A stretch of DNA of 54,152 bases from Candidatus Kaiserbacteria bacterium RIFCSPLOWO2_01_FULL_45_25 (GTDB lineage Bacteria > Patescibacteriota > Minisyncoccia > Phycocordibacterales > UBA918). Where the stretch lies: the NCBI GenBank assembly GCA_001781415.1, contig MFLT01000006.1, positions 9,387-63,538 of the forward strand, read 5' to 3'. This document shows, in pieces, positions 10,102-20,135 of the stretch (the stretch's first letter is position 1; the number at the start of each line of letters is the position of its first letter). Under the pieces are notes generated by a model. It was given only the letters and a program-made list of their open reading frames with translations. It had not been told where the DNA came from and ran no database searches. Position numbers and translations under genes: made by a program.

Positions 10102-12774
10102 ATGAAAACACATATAACCCGCTACTTTCTCGTAGCCACTGTCATTACCTTTAGTTGTTTTAGCTTTATTACCACCGTATTAGCACAAACCACGCCGTGT
10201 GGTGAGATTATTTATTTCGATCATAGTGAACCAATTACCGATTGTGAGGACCCGTTTGCTGTCCTTACACCTGGTCAAGAAAAGGTGGTGATTATGAACG
10301 AAGAGGTAACTGAAGGAGAAACCGTATACACAACATCTGCGGGAGTTGAATATTATTATCCAGTCATCAGCCGCAATGATTTTTATAGAGATGTATATTT
10401 CCGTCACGAGAATGGAAATCTGGTGGAAGTAGATTCAGAGTATCGAGAAATTACTCTGGAAGATTACCGAAGAGTAGGGCTAGAGTATTTTGGTGACGCC
10501 ACCACCGCCGAACCATACGCCCAATTTCAAATGGGTGAAGACATTGATACCGATAGCCCAACCTGGGATTGGGATGCTTATGATGCGTACAATGATTTAT
10601 GCCAAGCACGCTTTGAGGGTTGGCGAACACCTCTCACCCCTGGTACGTATACAGCGGTATTCCAACTAGTTGCAGTTTCCGTATATAACAATCCTGCCAA
10701 CTCTGAGTCTTGGTCACAAAAGATGTGGTCATACATCATCCCTACCGCTCACGCACAGTTCGCCAACAGTAGTTACGGCACTGTTACCTTCACTATAGCT
10801 GAAGAGGTGGTGGAACCAACTGGCGCTTCTAGTGTGTTGTTCCTGCCGGGCATCCAGGCGAGTCGGTTGTATACAGACGGAATACCTGGAACTGAGAATC
10901 AGGCATGGGAGCCGAATGCCAACAGTGATGTAAACGACCTACGCATGAGTGCGTCTGGTGGAAGTATTCATGACATATACACCAAGGATGTGGTTGATGA
11001 GGTGGCGTTTCCAATATTTGGCGGAAATATCTATAAAGGATTCCTCGGCATGCTCGAAGACTTGGTTGATGATGAAGTAATTAAAGACTACGAAGCTTTT
11101 GCCTATGACTGGCGATACGACGTGGAAGATGTTGTATTGAACGGTACGAAGTATGAAAATGAAGTACGTAGTGTAGTGGCAAAGGTGGAAGAACTGGCCG
11201 AAGATTCATATTCGGGAAAAGTTACTGTGATAGGACACTCTAATGGCGGGCTGGTGGCCAAAGTTCTTATTAATGAACTCGAACGACTTGGCAAAGCTGA
11301 TTTGGTAGACAAGGTGGTGTTTATTGGTACTCCACATCTAGGCACTCCAAAAGCTATCGCAACTGTCCTTCATGGTTATGACCAGCAAAAGCTTGGAGGG
11401 TCAGTAATTGAAGATAATACCGCTCGGGCAATAATCCAAAACATGCCCGGTGTGTACGGTCTCCTTCCAAGTCAGCGATATTTGGAGCTGGCAAATGAGC
11501 CGGTCATTACTGTATTAGATGGTCCAGCTACTTCACCAATGTATGAAGCTTTTGGTGGCGAAGTGGAAGGTATTGATGAATATAGAAATATATTAAATGG
11601 ACTAGAAGGGCGAACAGATGACTTTGCAAATATCAGTAATCCTTATCGAACCAATCCACTCATGCTTCAAGAAGCTTTGGATCTTCATGCCGAGTTGGAT
11701 TATTGGGAGGCACCAGAGGGTATAGAGGTATTTAACTTAGTGGGTGTTGGTCTGCCAACCGTTCGGACTGTGGAATATAGAAATGTAACTGAACGGATAA
11801 ACTGTATACCTACTATATTTGGCGGGTCTATATGTGACACTGTAAATATCCTCCGACCATACGCGCATTTTACGCAGTATGGAGATAACACAGTTACATC
11901 TTTGTCTAGTAAGGTAATAGTAGGTGAGGTGCAGTATTTAGATCTGGCTGCGTTTAACGATAGCTTCTTTAATCCACTCTTAGTTTTTGAACACGCAAAC
12001 ATTACTGAGGTAGACGGCGTTCAGTCATTCGTAAAAAACATACTAAATTCAACCACCACCCAAGTAGAGTACATAACCGAAACACAGCCAGAATTCAACA
12101 GAGAGTATGAAGTAACCTCTATTGATTCACCTGTCCGAATAGTTAAAGAAGATTCGGATGGTAACAAGACTGGTGTGGTAATGCAGGATGGTGTAGCTGA
12201 AATAGTTACTGATATACCAGGCAGTGAGTATGTTGAATTTGGAGGTACAAAATATGTGATTGTTCCAAAAGATGAAGATGTTACCACGTACTTATACGGA
12301 GAAGACTACGGAAGCTACACTCTCACTACAGCGACATTGTCTGGAGATGAGCAAGTAATAGACACACAGATAATTGACGCCACCACGACACCAACTATGG
12401 TGGCTCAGTATGAATACATTGATGGCTCATACAGCACCATTCTCACCGACTACGACGGAGACGGTACTACTGATTTGGAAATGACAGTTAGTGGGGAGGT
12501 GATACCAGAGCCAGAGCTTACTTTTGATGTTCTGCGTGCCCAAATATTGGACTTAGGTCTATCCAAATCCAGAGTGAACCCACTACTGTTGTTGGTGAAT
12601 TTGGCCGAAAAAGCAGAGAAGCTAAAAGCTCCGCCAAAAATCTCAAAGCGGATAAGTGAACGGTTGTTGATGCAATTGAAAGATATAATTAAGTTGTATG
12701 CAAAGAAAGGATGGATTACTCAAGAACAGAGAGATGTTTTGGTTGAATCAATTAATAGATTGTTAAGTAAATAA
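10102..12774 (+). CDS. Secreted alpha/beta-hydrolase (LCAT/phospholipase-like) multidomain protein
   Basis: Signal peptide, LPGIQAS, YDWR, GHSNGG nucleophile elbow, GTPHLG, GDNTV, EH; DYDGDG Ca-binding loop near the C-terminus. Confidence 0.82.
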   Translation: MKTHITRYFLVATVITFSCFSFITTVLAQTTPCGEIIYFDHSEPITDCEDPFAVLTPGQEKVVIMNEEVTEGETVYTTSAGVEYYYPVISRNDFYRDVYFRHENGNLVEVDSEYREITLEDYRRVGLEYFGDATTAEPYAQFQMGEDIDTDSPTWDWDAYDAYNDLCQARFEGWRTPLTPGTYTAVFQLVAVSVYNNPANSESWSQKMWSYIIPTAHAQFANSSYGTVTFTIAEEVVEPTGASSVLFLPGIQASRLYTDGIPGTENQAWEPNANSDVNDLRMSASGGSIHDIYTKDVVDEVAFPIFGGNIYKGFLGMLEDLVDDEVIKDYEAFAYDWRYDVEDVVLNGTKYENEVRSVVAKVEELAEDSYSGKVTVIGHSNGGLVAKVLINELERLGKADLVDKVVFIGTPHLGTPKAIATVLHGYDQQKLGGSVIEDNTARAIIQNMPGVYGLLPSQRYLELANEPVITVLDGPATSPMYEAFGGEVEGIDEYRNILNGLEGRTDDFANISNPYRTNPLMLQEALDLHAELDYWEAPEGIEVFNLVGVGLPTVRTVEYRNVTERINCIPTIFGGSICDTVNILRPYAHFTQYGDNTVTSLSSKVIVGEVQYLDLAAFNDSFFNPLLVFEHANITEVDGVQSFVKNILNSTTTQVEYITETQPEFNREYEVTSIDSPVRIVKEDSDGNKTGVVMQDGVAEIVTDIPGSEYVEFGGTKYVIVPKDEDVTTYLYGEDYGSYTLTTATLSGDEQVIDTQIIDATTTPTMVAQYEYIDGSYSTILTDYDGDGTTDLEMTVSGEVIPEPELTFDVLRAQILDLGLSKSRVNPLLLLVNLAEKAEKLKAPPKISKRISERLLMQLKDIIKLYAKKGWITQEQRDVLVESINRLLSK

Positions 12775-12775
12775 A

Positions 12776-13174
12776 ATGAAAAACTATTTAAACTCAAAAA
12801 AGATTATTATAACAACAATACTGTTTTCAGCTTTGATTGCAATTTGTTATTTAGTAATCATGATGCAATCAAGCCGGATGTTCAGTCTGGAGGTTATGGT
12901 AGGGATAATTAAGCCTATGGTGGTGTTTGCTGTCTCGGTTTTTGTAATATCGTCCTTCTTTATCTTCTTTTCACAAATCATCTTCATAAGCTTCCTAAAG
13001 CGCGTTGTGTCTTGGTATTTACCTATTTTGTTCTACCTGACTGCAACAACCCCCATATTCTCAAGTCACATCATGTCTGTAGGTAGAAGTGTAGTGGTCT
13101 TGTATGGAATGGTGTTATTGGGAATAATTGCGGTGGCATACGCTTTTGCGATGCGGAAGAAGGTACCAGTTTAA
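12776..13174 (+). CDS. Hypothetical 4-TM membrane protein
   Basis: Starts 1 nt after the lipase stop; four hydrophobic segments. Confidence 0.75.
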   Translation: MKNYLNSKKIIITTILFSALIAICYLVIMMQSSRMFSLEVMVGIIKPMVVFAVSVFVISSFFIFFSQIIFISFLKRVVSWYLPILFYLTATTPIFSSHIMSVGRSVVVLYGMVLLGIIAVAYAFAMRKKVPV

Positions 13175-13190
13175 GAGGATAAAACTCCAA

Positions 13191-13231
13191 CAAAAGGCCG
13201 CCTTGTGCAACTTGCATAGGGCGGCCTTTTG
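13191..13231 (+). terminator. Intrinsic terminator
   Basis: CAAAAGGCCGCC...GGCGGCCTTTTG stem. Confidence 0.75.
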
Positions 13232-13349
13232 CTGTTGTTGCAATATTTATCAACTGGTGCGGCTGTATCTATGGGTACCCGGCCAGTTTTTTTGGTGTCT
13301 CAGGACATTAATATCTCAAAACAGCCAGCCTTTAACTAATATAAATTAT

Positions 13350-13772
13350 ATGAACAATAACGTACTTGTTGCCGTAATCGTAGTAATTCTTATTGTAATC
13401 GGGTTCTTCATTTATGGTGCCATGAATGACGAAACTGATACTGTGCCAACAACTGCCACTTCATCGAACTCATCAACTGGTTCTACCAGTGCTGAGATTG
13501 AGGCCGAATTTGCACGAAACGCTACTATTCGGGCTGAAGAAGCTAAAGCCAAGGAAGTAGCTTTTACAATTGATGTAACCAAGCTTCCCGAAGCCCAACA
13601 AGCATCATTAAAGGTGATGGGAATGAACGATACTTCAATTGATATCACCAACGCCATGCTTACCTGTGCCCGGGTAGATATGAGTGAGACTAGAGTGAAA
13701 GAGATTGAAGACGGCGCCAGTGTCACCGCCAGCGAAGGTATTAAGTTGGTTAGTTGTTATAACGCCAACTAA
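13350..13772 (+). CDS. Hypothetical single-pass membrane protein
   Basis: MNNNVLVAVIVVILIV anchor, S/T-rich linker, two Cys. Confidence 0.75.
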   Translation: MNNNVLVAVIVVILIVIGFFIYGAMNDETDTVPTTATSSNSSTGSTSAEIEAEFARNATIRAEEAKAKEVAFTIDVTKLPEAQQASLKVMGMNDTSIDITNAMLTCARVDMSETRVKEIEDGASVTASEGIKLVSCYNAN

Positions 13773-13891
13773 ATACACGCAGCGGTTAGAAGAGCTCCGA
13801 ACCTAGTTCTGGGCTTTTAAAAAAAGAAAAGCCCCACGAGTTGTGAAGTCTCGGGGGACTTTCTCGTGAGGCTCAGGGCGGTATTGATTGG

Positions 13892-14308
13892 TCATTGGTT
13901 TTCGCTGTTGGTTTGCGTGCGCGTCGCTGTCTCTTGCGAGCTTTGATTGCTGGCGTGCTTTTTGTCGTTGTCGAACTTGTCGATGTCCTGCCACGACGCG
14001 GTGTCAGGAAGGCCACGGTTTTTCGCATTCTGCTGGCGAAGCATTTCGTCGGAGATGCGACTAATGTCTTTCCAGCTTGCTGTCTCGGGCAAGCCGCTGA
14101 TGCGAGCTGCCCTCATCCTGGCTTGCTCGTTATCAAGACGGTTGATGTCCCGCCACGTCGCTGTGTCGGGCAGGCCTCGGATTTGGGCGTGACATTTGAG
14201 GCGCTCGGCCATGTTGCTGATGGTGGCGCAGTACTTGTCGTTGGCTGCAGATGCCAGCGATACAAAGGTCACGCCGATGAAGGGAAAGATCAGATGAACG
14301 ATACGCAT
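13892..14308 (-). CDS. Secreted hypothetical protein with three internal repeats
   Basis: Signal peptide; RGLPDTATWRDI / SGLPETASWKDI / RGLPDTASWQDI; AGGAG SD. Confidence 0.75.
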   Translation of the reverse strand: MRIVHLIFPFIGVTFVSLASAANDKYCATISNMAERLKCHAQIRGLPDTATWRDINRLDNEQARMRAARISGLPETASWKDISRISDEMLRQQNAKNRGLPDTASWQDIDKFDNDKKHASNQSSQETATRTQTNSENQ

Positions 14309-14415
14309 GGCAGTTCTCCTGGTAGTGCGGGTGAAGCTGTCCTATTAAATACTCAAATACACTAAAAATCAATAAATTCGCTAAATTTAGGGTAGGGAAC
14401 CACCGATACCACCAA

Positions 14416-14438
14416 GGTACCTTGCAATGCATAGTACC
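14416..14438. promoter_or_regulatory. Probable PadR operator
   Basis: Imperfect palindrome GGTACCTTGCAATGCATAGTACC just upstream of the padR-family gene. Confidence 0.5.
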
Positions 14439-14456
14439 GTGTGCTAAGGTATAAGC

Positions 14457-14819
14457 ATGAGTGAAGAAAAACAAGAATACAACGTCGAGAATGCCAAGTC
14501 GCAAATGCGAAAAGGTTTTCTTGAATTCCCAGTCCTATTAATAATTGGAGCTAAGCCTACCTACGCGCCGGACATCCTCAAGCAACTCAAGAACGCCAAC
14601 CTGCTAGTAGTGGAAGGTACTCTCTACCCACTCCTCTCCAGGCTGAAGCGTTCGGGTCTGGTCGGGTACGAGTGGCTAGAAAGCCCCAGTGGCCCACCAC
14701 GCAAGATGTACACCATCACGCTCGAAGGGAAAGAAGTTTTACAACAACTAGAAACATCATGGAGGTCACTCGACACTTCAGTAAACACACTAATCAATCA
14801 TTATGAAAAAAGTAATTAA
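14457..14819 (+). CDS. PadR-family transcriptional regulator
   Basis: QMRKGFLE, EGTLYPLLSRL, GPPRKMYTIT. Confidence 0.93.
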   Translation: MSEEKQEYNVENAKSQMRKGFLEFPVLLIIGAKPTYAPDILKQLKNANLLVVEGTLYPLLSRLKRSGLVGYEWLESPSGPPRKMYTITLEGKEVLQQLETSWRSLDTSVNTLINHYEKSN

Positions 14820-15981
14820 CATCACGCTGGGCAGCATCGTCTTTGCCACCGACGAAGACGCTTATGGCGTTCTGGCTTCTTATCTAGAACAGATTAAAAG
14901 TAATCTAAAGAATGGCGACGATACTAAGGAAATAATTGACGACGTTGAGATTGCGATTGCTGAGAAATTCATTGCGCGCAAGCGAAGTGAAAAAATGGCA
15001 GTGACTTCTATTGATGTTGAGGCAGTAATTAGCGAGATGGGTAGTCCAGTGGAGTTTGGTGCGAGCGAAGAAGGGGAGAGTGCTCCACAACAAACCGCTG
15101 CACCAAAGGAATCAGCAGCAGAACCAAAGAAGCGCCTCTACCGCGACCCCGATAATGCTATCGTTGCTGGTATTGCTTCTGGTATCGCTAATTACTTCGA
15201 TATTGATCCGGTGATTGTGCGACTTATCTTTGTTATCTCTATCTTCTTTAATGGGCTTGGTCTCTTGGCCTACATCATCCTCTGGCTGGTGGTACCGGTA
15301 GCCGAGACTACTGCCGATAAGTACGCCATGCGTGGCGAGCGTGTGACTCTGCGGGATATATCAGAACGTGTAAAAAAAAACTTAGATGACATCGAGCAGT
15401 TTGATTACTCAAAAACCAAAGGAGTGTGGTACACACTCCGTGGCTTCTTGGATAAGTTGTTTCAAATCCTCGGTTCGGTTTTAACCTTTATTATTTCAGT
15501 ACTTAGGTACGTGGTAGGGATTGGTGTAATTCTAGCTGGTGCTTTTGGTACGGCTGGACTAGTAGCGGCGTACAGCGTGATTCTCTTATCAGAGAAAGTC
15601 ATGTTCGGAGCGGAGGTACAGCAAGTGTTTGAGACCTTACAGGGCACTACTCTAGGTATTACGGCTTTAGTGTCTCTATTTATCACCATCGCCATTCCGC
15701 TTATTGTGGCGATTGTAGTGGGGGTTAGTCTCTTGGCTAAGCGGAACTACTTCACGGTCCAAAAGACCGTTACGCTAGGCGTGCTCTGGATTGTGGCCGG
15801 TGTATTAGCAGCGACCACCATTGCACTTCAGGTAGAGCAGGTGGTGCAACAAGTAGGTCCAATTGAGGGACGCTTCGATGATTCTAGTTTTGAAATGGAG
15901 TGGGAGAACGGCGCGCTATATATCGAAGACGGCCAAGGTAACTTCATCTATGAAGATAGACAAGAAGTAAGTCCACAATAA
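14803..15981 (+). CDS. PspC-domain membrane protein
   Basis: KRLYRDPDNAIVAGIASGIANYFDIDPVIVRL; operonic with the PadR gene. Confidence 0.92.
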   Translation: MKKVINITLGSIVFATDEDAYGVLASYLEQIKSNLKNGDDTKEIIDDVEIAIAEKFIARKRSEKMAVTSIDVEAVISEMGSPVEFGASEEGESAPQQTAAPKESAAEPKKRLYRDPDNAIVAGIASGIANYFDIDPVIVRLIFVISIFFNGLGLLAYIILWLVVPVAETTADKYAMRGERVTLRDISERVKKNLDDIEQFDYSKTKGVWYTLRGFLDKLFQILGSVLTFIISVLRYVVGIGVILAGAFGTAGLVAAYSVILLSEKVMFGAEVQQVFETLQGTTLGITALVSLFITIAIPLIVAIVVGVSLLAKRNYFTVQKTVTLGVLWIVAGVLAATTIALQVEQVVQQVGPIEGRFDDSSFEMEWENGALYIEDGQGNFIYEDRQEVSPQ

Positions 15982-15985
15982 ATAG

Positions 15986-16014
15986 TAAAACCCCGGGCTT
16001 TACCCGGGGTTTTA
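15986..16014. terminator. Bidirectional terminator
   Basis: TAAAACCCCGGG-CTTTA-CCCGGGGTTTTA. Confidence 0.75.
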
Positions 16015-16126
16015 GTAGAGGAGCGCAATATAGGGAATATAAGAGAAAATGACATATTCCTCCCGATATATCACAAAAATCAAGAAAAACTGATATATCA
16101 AGTACTCTTCCTATGTGCTTGCCGGA

Positions 16127-16543
16127 CTAAATTGAGTTTAGAAACGATTCAATGTCTGGATATCGTTCCTCAAACATGAGATAAAGAGTTTCCGGATTTT
16201 CGACCTCGCCGATTATGACCATCTTCTTGCCAAGTCCATGCGCGACGCCTGCCTCCATGTGCGCAGCTTTTCCAGCGGGGAGGAGCATTACAATCGTGTC
16301 CGCGTTTTTTAAGCCATTCATATCAGTGACAAAGTGGTGGTGATGGATCGGGTCATTCCAGAAATCAGGATGTGACTCCAGTATCGCCATTTGCTCTTCC
16401 CACGGCAGGTCGGCTGCGTTTGGAGACGCTGGCTTGCTGAGGAAGTTATAGCAAGTGAAGCCTTTACTTTCTATACCGTGCACTAGTCGTAAAATGTTTT
16501 CTGAGTTTCGTACCCGCCCTATGATCATGTAGTCTGTTTTCAT
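16127..16543 (-). CDS. Nucleoside 2-deoxyribosyltransferase-like protein
   Basis: D...L..AD.IV.L.P.G..AHMEAGVA.GLGK pattern. Confidence 0.75.
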   Translation of the reverse strand: MKTDYMIIGRVRNSENILRLVHGIESKGFTCYNFLSKPASPNAADLPWEEQMAILESHPDFWNDPIHHHHFVTDMNGLKNADTIVMLLPAGKAAHMEAGVAHGLGKKMVIIGEVENPETLYLMFEERYPDIESFLNSI

Positions 16544-16649
16544 ATGGGTTTTAGTATACCAAAACCACGGGGTGAGGAAATAACAAATGAAAAAGCCACC
16601 CTCCCGTCGAAACGAAAGGATGTCTTTCTGCTTCGTTGGTTGAGTGGCA

Positions 16650-17075
16650 TCAGTTGATGGTCAAAACATCTTTTCTTGGCTTCAGTTCGTAGATGGTGCA
16701 TCCTTCGTCTGAAAGAACAATGACCTTCATCATTCCTGCCGGAGGTACTTCTAGGGCGGTATCGGCGATGTTGGGGAGTTTTTCGGCCACAATCTGGCAT
16801 ATGTCCCAACTAGCGGTCCCTAGCGCAATCGGGTCTTCTCCACGGTCACGGATGGGTTGCCAGTCCTGGTCAGGCATAAGCATGTCAACAACATCGCGCC
16901 ATACTGAGTCCACTTGGATGCAGACCGCAACCATTTCGTCGTTTCGCTGTCCGTGCACATTGAGTGCCCTCCAAGCCAGGTGCTGCAGACGAGGCATGGA
17001 TTGGGAGTACATCACGTTGCGGTACTCAGCCGCTTCCGAAAACTGGGCTTGGGGTGGAATAACTGCTGTGCCCAT
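16650..17075 (-). CDS. Hypothetical protein, paralogue family member 1
   Basis: GAGAGG SD and TTGACA promoter; similar to 31432..31782 and 31802..32197. Confidence 0.75.
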   Translation of the reverse strand: MGTAVIPPQAQFSEAAEYRNVMYSQSMPRLQHLAWRALNVHGQRNDEMVAVCIQVDSVWRDVVDMLMPDQDWQPIRDRGEDPIALGTASWDICQIVAEKLPNIADTALEVPPAGMMKVIVLSDEGCTIYELKPRKDVLTIN

Positions 17076-17201
17076 GGGATACCTCTCGATTGTTAGGGTT
17101 GAACAGGAAAACCAAAAAACATAATGCCTTAAATAATTTAGATGTCAATACAAGTAGCAAATACTTAATAAATGAGACTTCAGGTGTGTTACCGTATTAC
17201 C

Positions 17202-17498
17202 ATGACTTTAGACCAGCTACTCATCGGCAGCTTTGCTGCTATCAACATCTTGGCTTTTGGTGTGATGGCCTACGACAAGCGTATCTCAAGACGGGGGAGC
17301 GGCAACGGTACCGAGCGAGACCGTATTCCCGAAGGGCTCATTTTCTTCATGGCCACCGCCTTAGGCAGTGTCGGTGTGTATCTCGGCATGCTCACGCTCC
17401 GCCACAAGACCCGCAAATGGTACTTCCAAATAGGTATTCCACTCCTGATTCTCCAGAACTTGGCTGCGGTGTATTTGGTTTGGGAGTGGGTGGTTTAG
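17202..17498 (+). CDS. DUF1294-family membrane protein
   Basis: YDK...RIPE..L...A..LGS.G...GM...RHKTRKWYF. Confidence 0.88.
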   Translation: MTLDQLLIGSFAAINILAFGVMAYDKRISRRGSGNGTERDRIPEGLIFFMATALGSVGVYLGMLTLRHKTRKWYFQIGIPLLILQNLAAVYLVWEWVV

Positions 17499-17561
17499 AT
17501 TGTGAAGCTATTAATATGATCAATTGTGAAAATGATCCTAAGGTGATAACCTTTGATCAAT

Positions 17562-20129
17562 ATGTCAGACAAGGAGGCAAAGGCCAGAATTAAAATTAAC
17601 AAGCTACTAGAGGATGCCGGCTGGCGCTTCATCGATACCTCTGAAGGTAAAGCGAATGTGCAACTAGAGGCTGGTGTAAGATTTGAAACACTAGGTAGTG
17701 ATTTTGAATTTGCAGAGACTCATGACAAGCGAAGTGGGGCAATTGATTTTCTTTTACTTGATACAGATGGACGACCTTTAGTGGTTGTGGAAGCAAAACG
17801 TGAAGCTATTGACCCACTCTCTGCCAAAGAACAGGCACGGAATTACGCCAGAACAGTTGATGCTCGTTTTGTTATTCTTTCAAACGGTAATATTCATTAC
17901 TTTTGGGATACAAAATATGGGGTCCCAGAAACTACTACCCGATTCCCGTCACAGTCATCACTGACACAATTTAAGTCGTACATTCCAAATCCTCAAGAGC
18001 TGGCTTCTACAGAGGTAGATGAAAATTATGTCGTAGCTACGCAAATGCCAGGGTATTCTAGCGATCCTGAATTTCAAGATGATTCTACACGTAGCGCTTT
18101 TCTCCGTCGTCATAATCTAAAGCAGCTACGACCTTATCAAGTCCAGGCTATAAAAGCACTTCAAGAGGCTTCTAAGGGTGGTAATAAGCGCTTCCTCTTT
18201 GAAATGGCTACTGGTACTGGAAAAACCCTTACTTCAGCAGCGGTTATTAAACTATTCCTCAAATCTGGTAACGCCAAGCGGGTATTGTTTATCGTTGACC
18301 GTCTTGAACTCGAGGACCAAACCAAAAAAGCGTTTATTCAATACTTAGGTAAAGACTACCGTTGTGTTGTATATAAAGAGAATAGGGAATCATGGCAGAA
18401 CGCGAGTGTAGTGGTCTCCACCATCCAATCGTTTATGGCTGGTGATCGTTACAAAAAAGAATTCTCACCAACTGATTTTGAATTTGTAATCTCAGACGAA
18501 GCTCATAGATCAATTGGTGGTAATAGTCGTGCTGTTTTTGAATACTTTGTTGGCTACAAACTTGGACTTACTGCTACCCCAAAAAACTATTTGAAGGGAC
18601 TAGATGCTTCCGACACGGAATCACAACGGGAATATGAACGCCGTCTATTGGCTGATACCTATAAGACCTTCGGGTGTGAACCAGGTAAACCAACGTTTTC
18701 ATATGATCTTCTTAAGGGTTCTAACGAAGGTTATTTGATTCAGCCAACCCTAGTGGATACTCGTACTGATATCACCACCGAACTTCTCTCGAAGGAAGGG
18801 TATGCTGTCCACACAACAACAGACGAAGGCGAAACAGTTGACGAGGTATATAAGGCACGTCATTTTGAACGTAAGTTTTTCAATGATGAAACCAATATTG
18901 CTATGGCTAAAGCTCTCCTCGATAATGGTCTCTATGATCCCATTGCTACCAAATTAGGAGTGCCGCTCTTTGGTAAAACTATCGTTTTCTGTGTATCTCA
19001 AAAACACGCTTCACGTATCACTAATATCCTTAACAGACTTGCGTTCGAAAAGTGGCCACAAATGTATGCTGAAGCCGATTTTGCAATGCAGGTGACGTCT
19101 CATGTATCCGATGCTCAGCAAATGACTATCAACTTTGCAAATAACCGTCTCGGGGGTATTTCTAAGCATCCCGAAGCCTATGAGACTAGCAAGACACGTG
19201 TCACCGTCACAGTTGGAATGATGACTACTGGCTATGACTGTCAGGACCTGCTCAACATCGCTCTCATGCGCCCAGTGTTTAGTCCGGCAGACTTTGTGCA
19301 GATTAAGGGTCGTGGCACTCGCAAACACCGTTTTGAATACCTCGACTACAACACGAATGAGACCACCGTTATAGATAAAGAGCGCTTCAAGTTTTTCGAC
19401 TTCTTTGCTACGTGTGAATACTTTGAAAACGAATTTCCTTATGATGAAAAAATAAAGCTCCCCAAGATTAAGCAAGTTACTGATACCGACCCTACATCCA
19501 CTAGTGACCAAGGTGAATTCGTTGATGAGGACGGTAAGAAAATATTCCGTGGTCCCCTTGATTTAGCATCACCAGATGAGATAGCTACCATCGCTGAAAC
19601 ACAAATTGGTGCAGAAGGGATGCGTATTGATCGTGAAGGATTTAAACAAGCCGTCCAAGAAGATATTCTCAATAATGTAGCCCTCACTACATTGTGGAAG
19701 AATGGCGACATTACTGGTGCAGAAGACTACGCCAAAACCAACATCTTTGATAAACCAAAACATTTCCTTAGTCTTTCTGGTATCCGCAAAATATTTGGTA
19801 TTGACCGTCGCATCTCAGTTCGTGAGTTCCTAGAGGTGGCGTTTGGTGATAAGGAAGGCTTTGAAATGAAAGATGATCTCCTCGAAGCAGAGTGGGAGAA
19901 ATTTACTGAAGTGCATCCGGTTGACCAAGAGCATTACTGGCCAGCCAAAAATTTCTTCAAAGCTTACATTACCGATGAAGACGTGCGTGATATCATAAAA
20001 CGTAATCAGCCAGGAGACTTCCACTTCTCACCATCCTTCGACTTCAGCGATTACCAAAAGCTCAATGTCTACCGTGAATTGGTGCCTCAATACATACACG
20101 ATTATGCTTATCACCTCACCAACCTTTAA
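17562..20129 (+). CDS. hsdR: Type I restriction subunit R (EcoAI/EcoEI-like)
   Basis: D-x-L...VEAK nuclease, QARNYA, MATGTGKT, DEAH, GLTATP, MMTTGYD, QIKGRGTR. Confidence 0.93.
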   Translation: MSDKEAKARIKINKLLEDAGWRFIDTSEGKANVQLEAGVRFETLGSDFEFAETHDKRSGAIDFLLLDTDGRPLVVVEAKREAIDPLSAKEQARNYARTVDARFVILSNGNIHYFWDTKYGVPETTTRFPSQSSLTQFKSYIPNPQELASTEVDENYVVATQMPGYSSDPEFQDDSTRSAFLRRHNLKQLRPYQVQAIKALQEASKGGNKRFLFEMATGTGKTLTSAAVIKLFLKSGNAKRVLFIVDRLELEDQTKKAFIQYLGKDYRCVVYKENRESWQNASVVVSTIQSFMAGDRYKKEFSPTDFEFVISDEAHRSIGGNSRAVFEYFVGYKLGLTATPKNYLKGLDASDTESQREYERRLLADTYKTFGCEPGKPTFSYDLLKGSNEGYLIQPTLVDTRTDITTELLSKEGYAVHTTTDEGETVDEVYKARHFERKFFNDETNIAMAKALLDNGLYDPIATKLGVPLFGKTIVFCVSQKHASRITNILNRLAFEKWPQMYAEADFAMQVTSHVSDAQQMTINFANNRLGGISKHPEAYETSKTRVTVTVGMMTTGYDCQDLLNIALMRPVFSPADFVQIKGRGTRKHRFEYLDYNTNETTVIDKERFKFFDFFATCEYFENEFPYDEKIKLPKIKQVTDTDPTSTSDQGEFVDEDGKKIFRGPLDLASPDEIATIAETQIGAEGMRIDREGFKQAVQEDILNNVALTTLWKNGDITGAEDYAKTNIFDKPKHFLSLSGIRKIFGIDRRISVREFLEVAFGDKEGFEMKDDLLEAEWEKFTEVHPVDQEHYWPAKNFFKAYITDEDVRDIIKRNQPGDFHFSPSFDFSDYQKLNVYRELVPQYIHDYAYHLTNL

Positions 20130-20135
20130 TATTCT

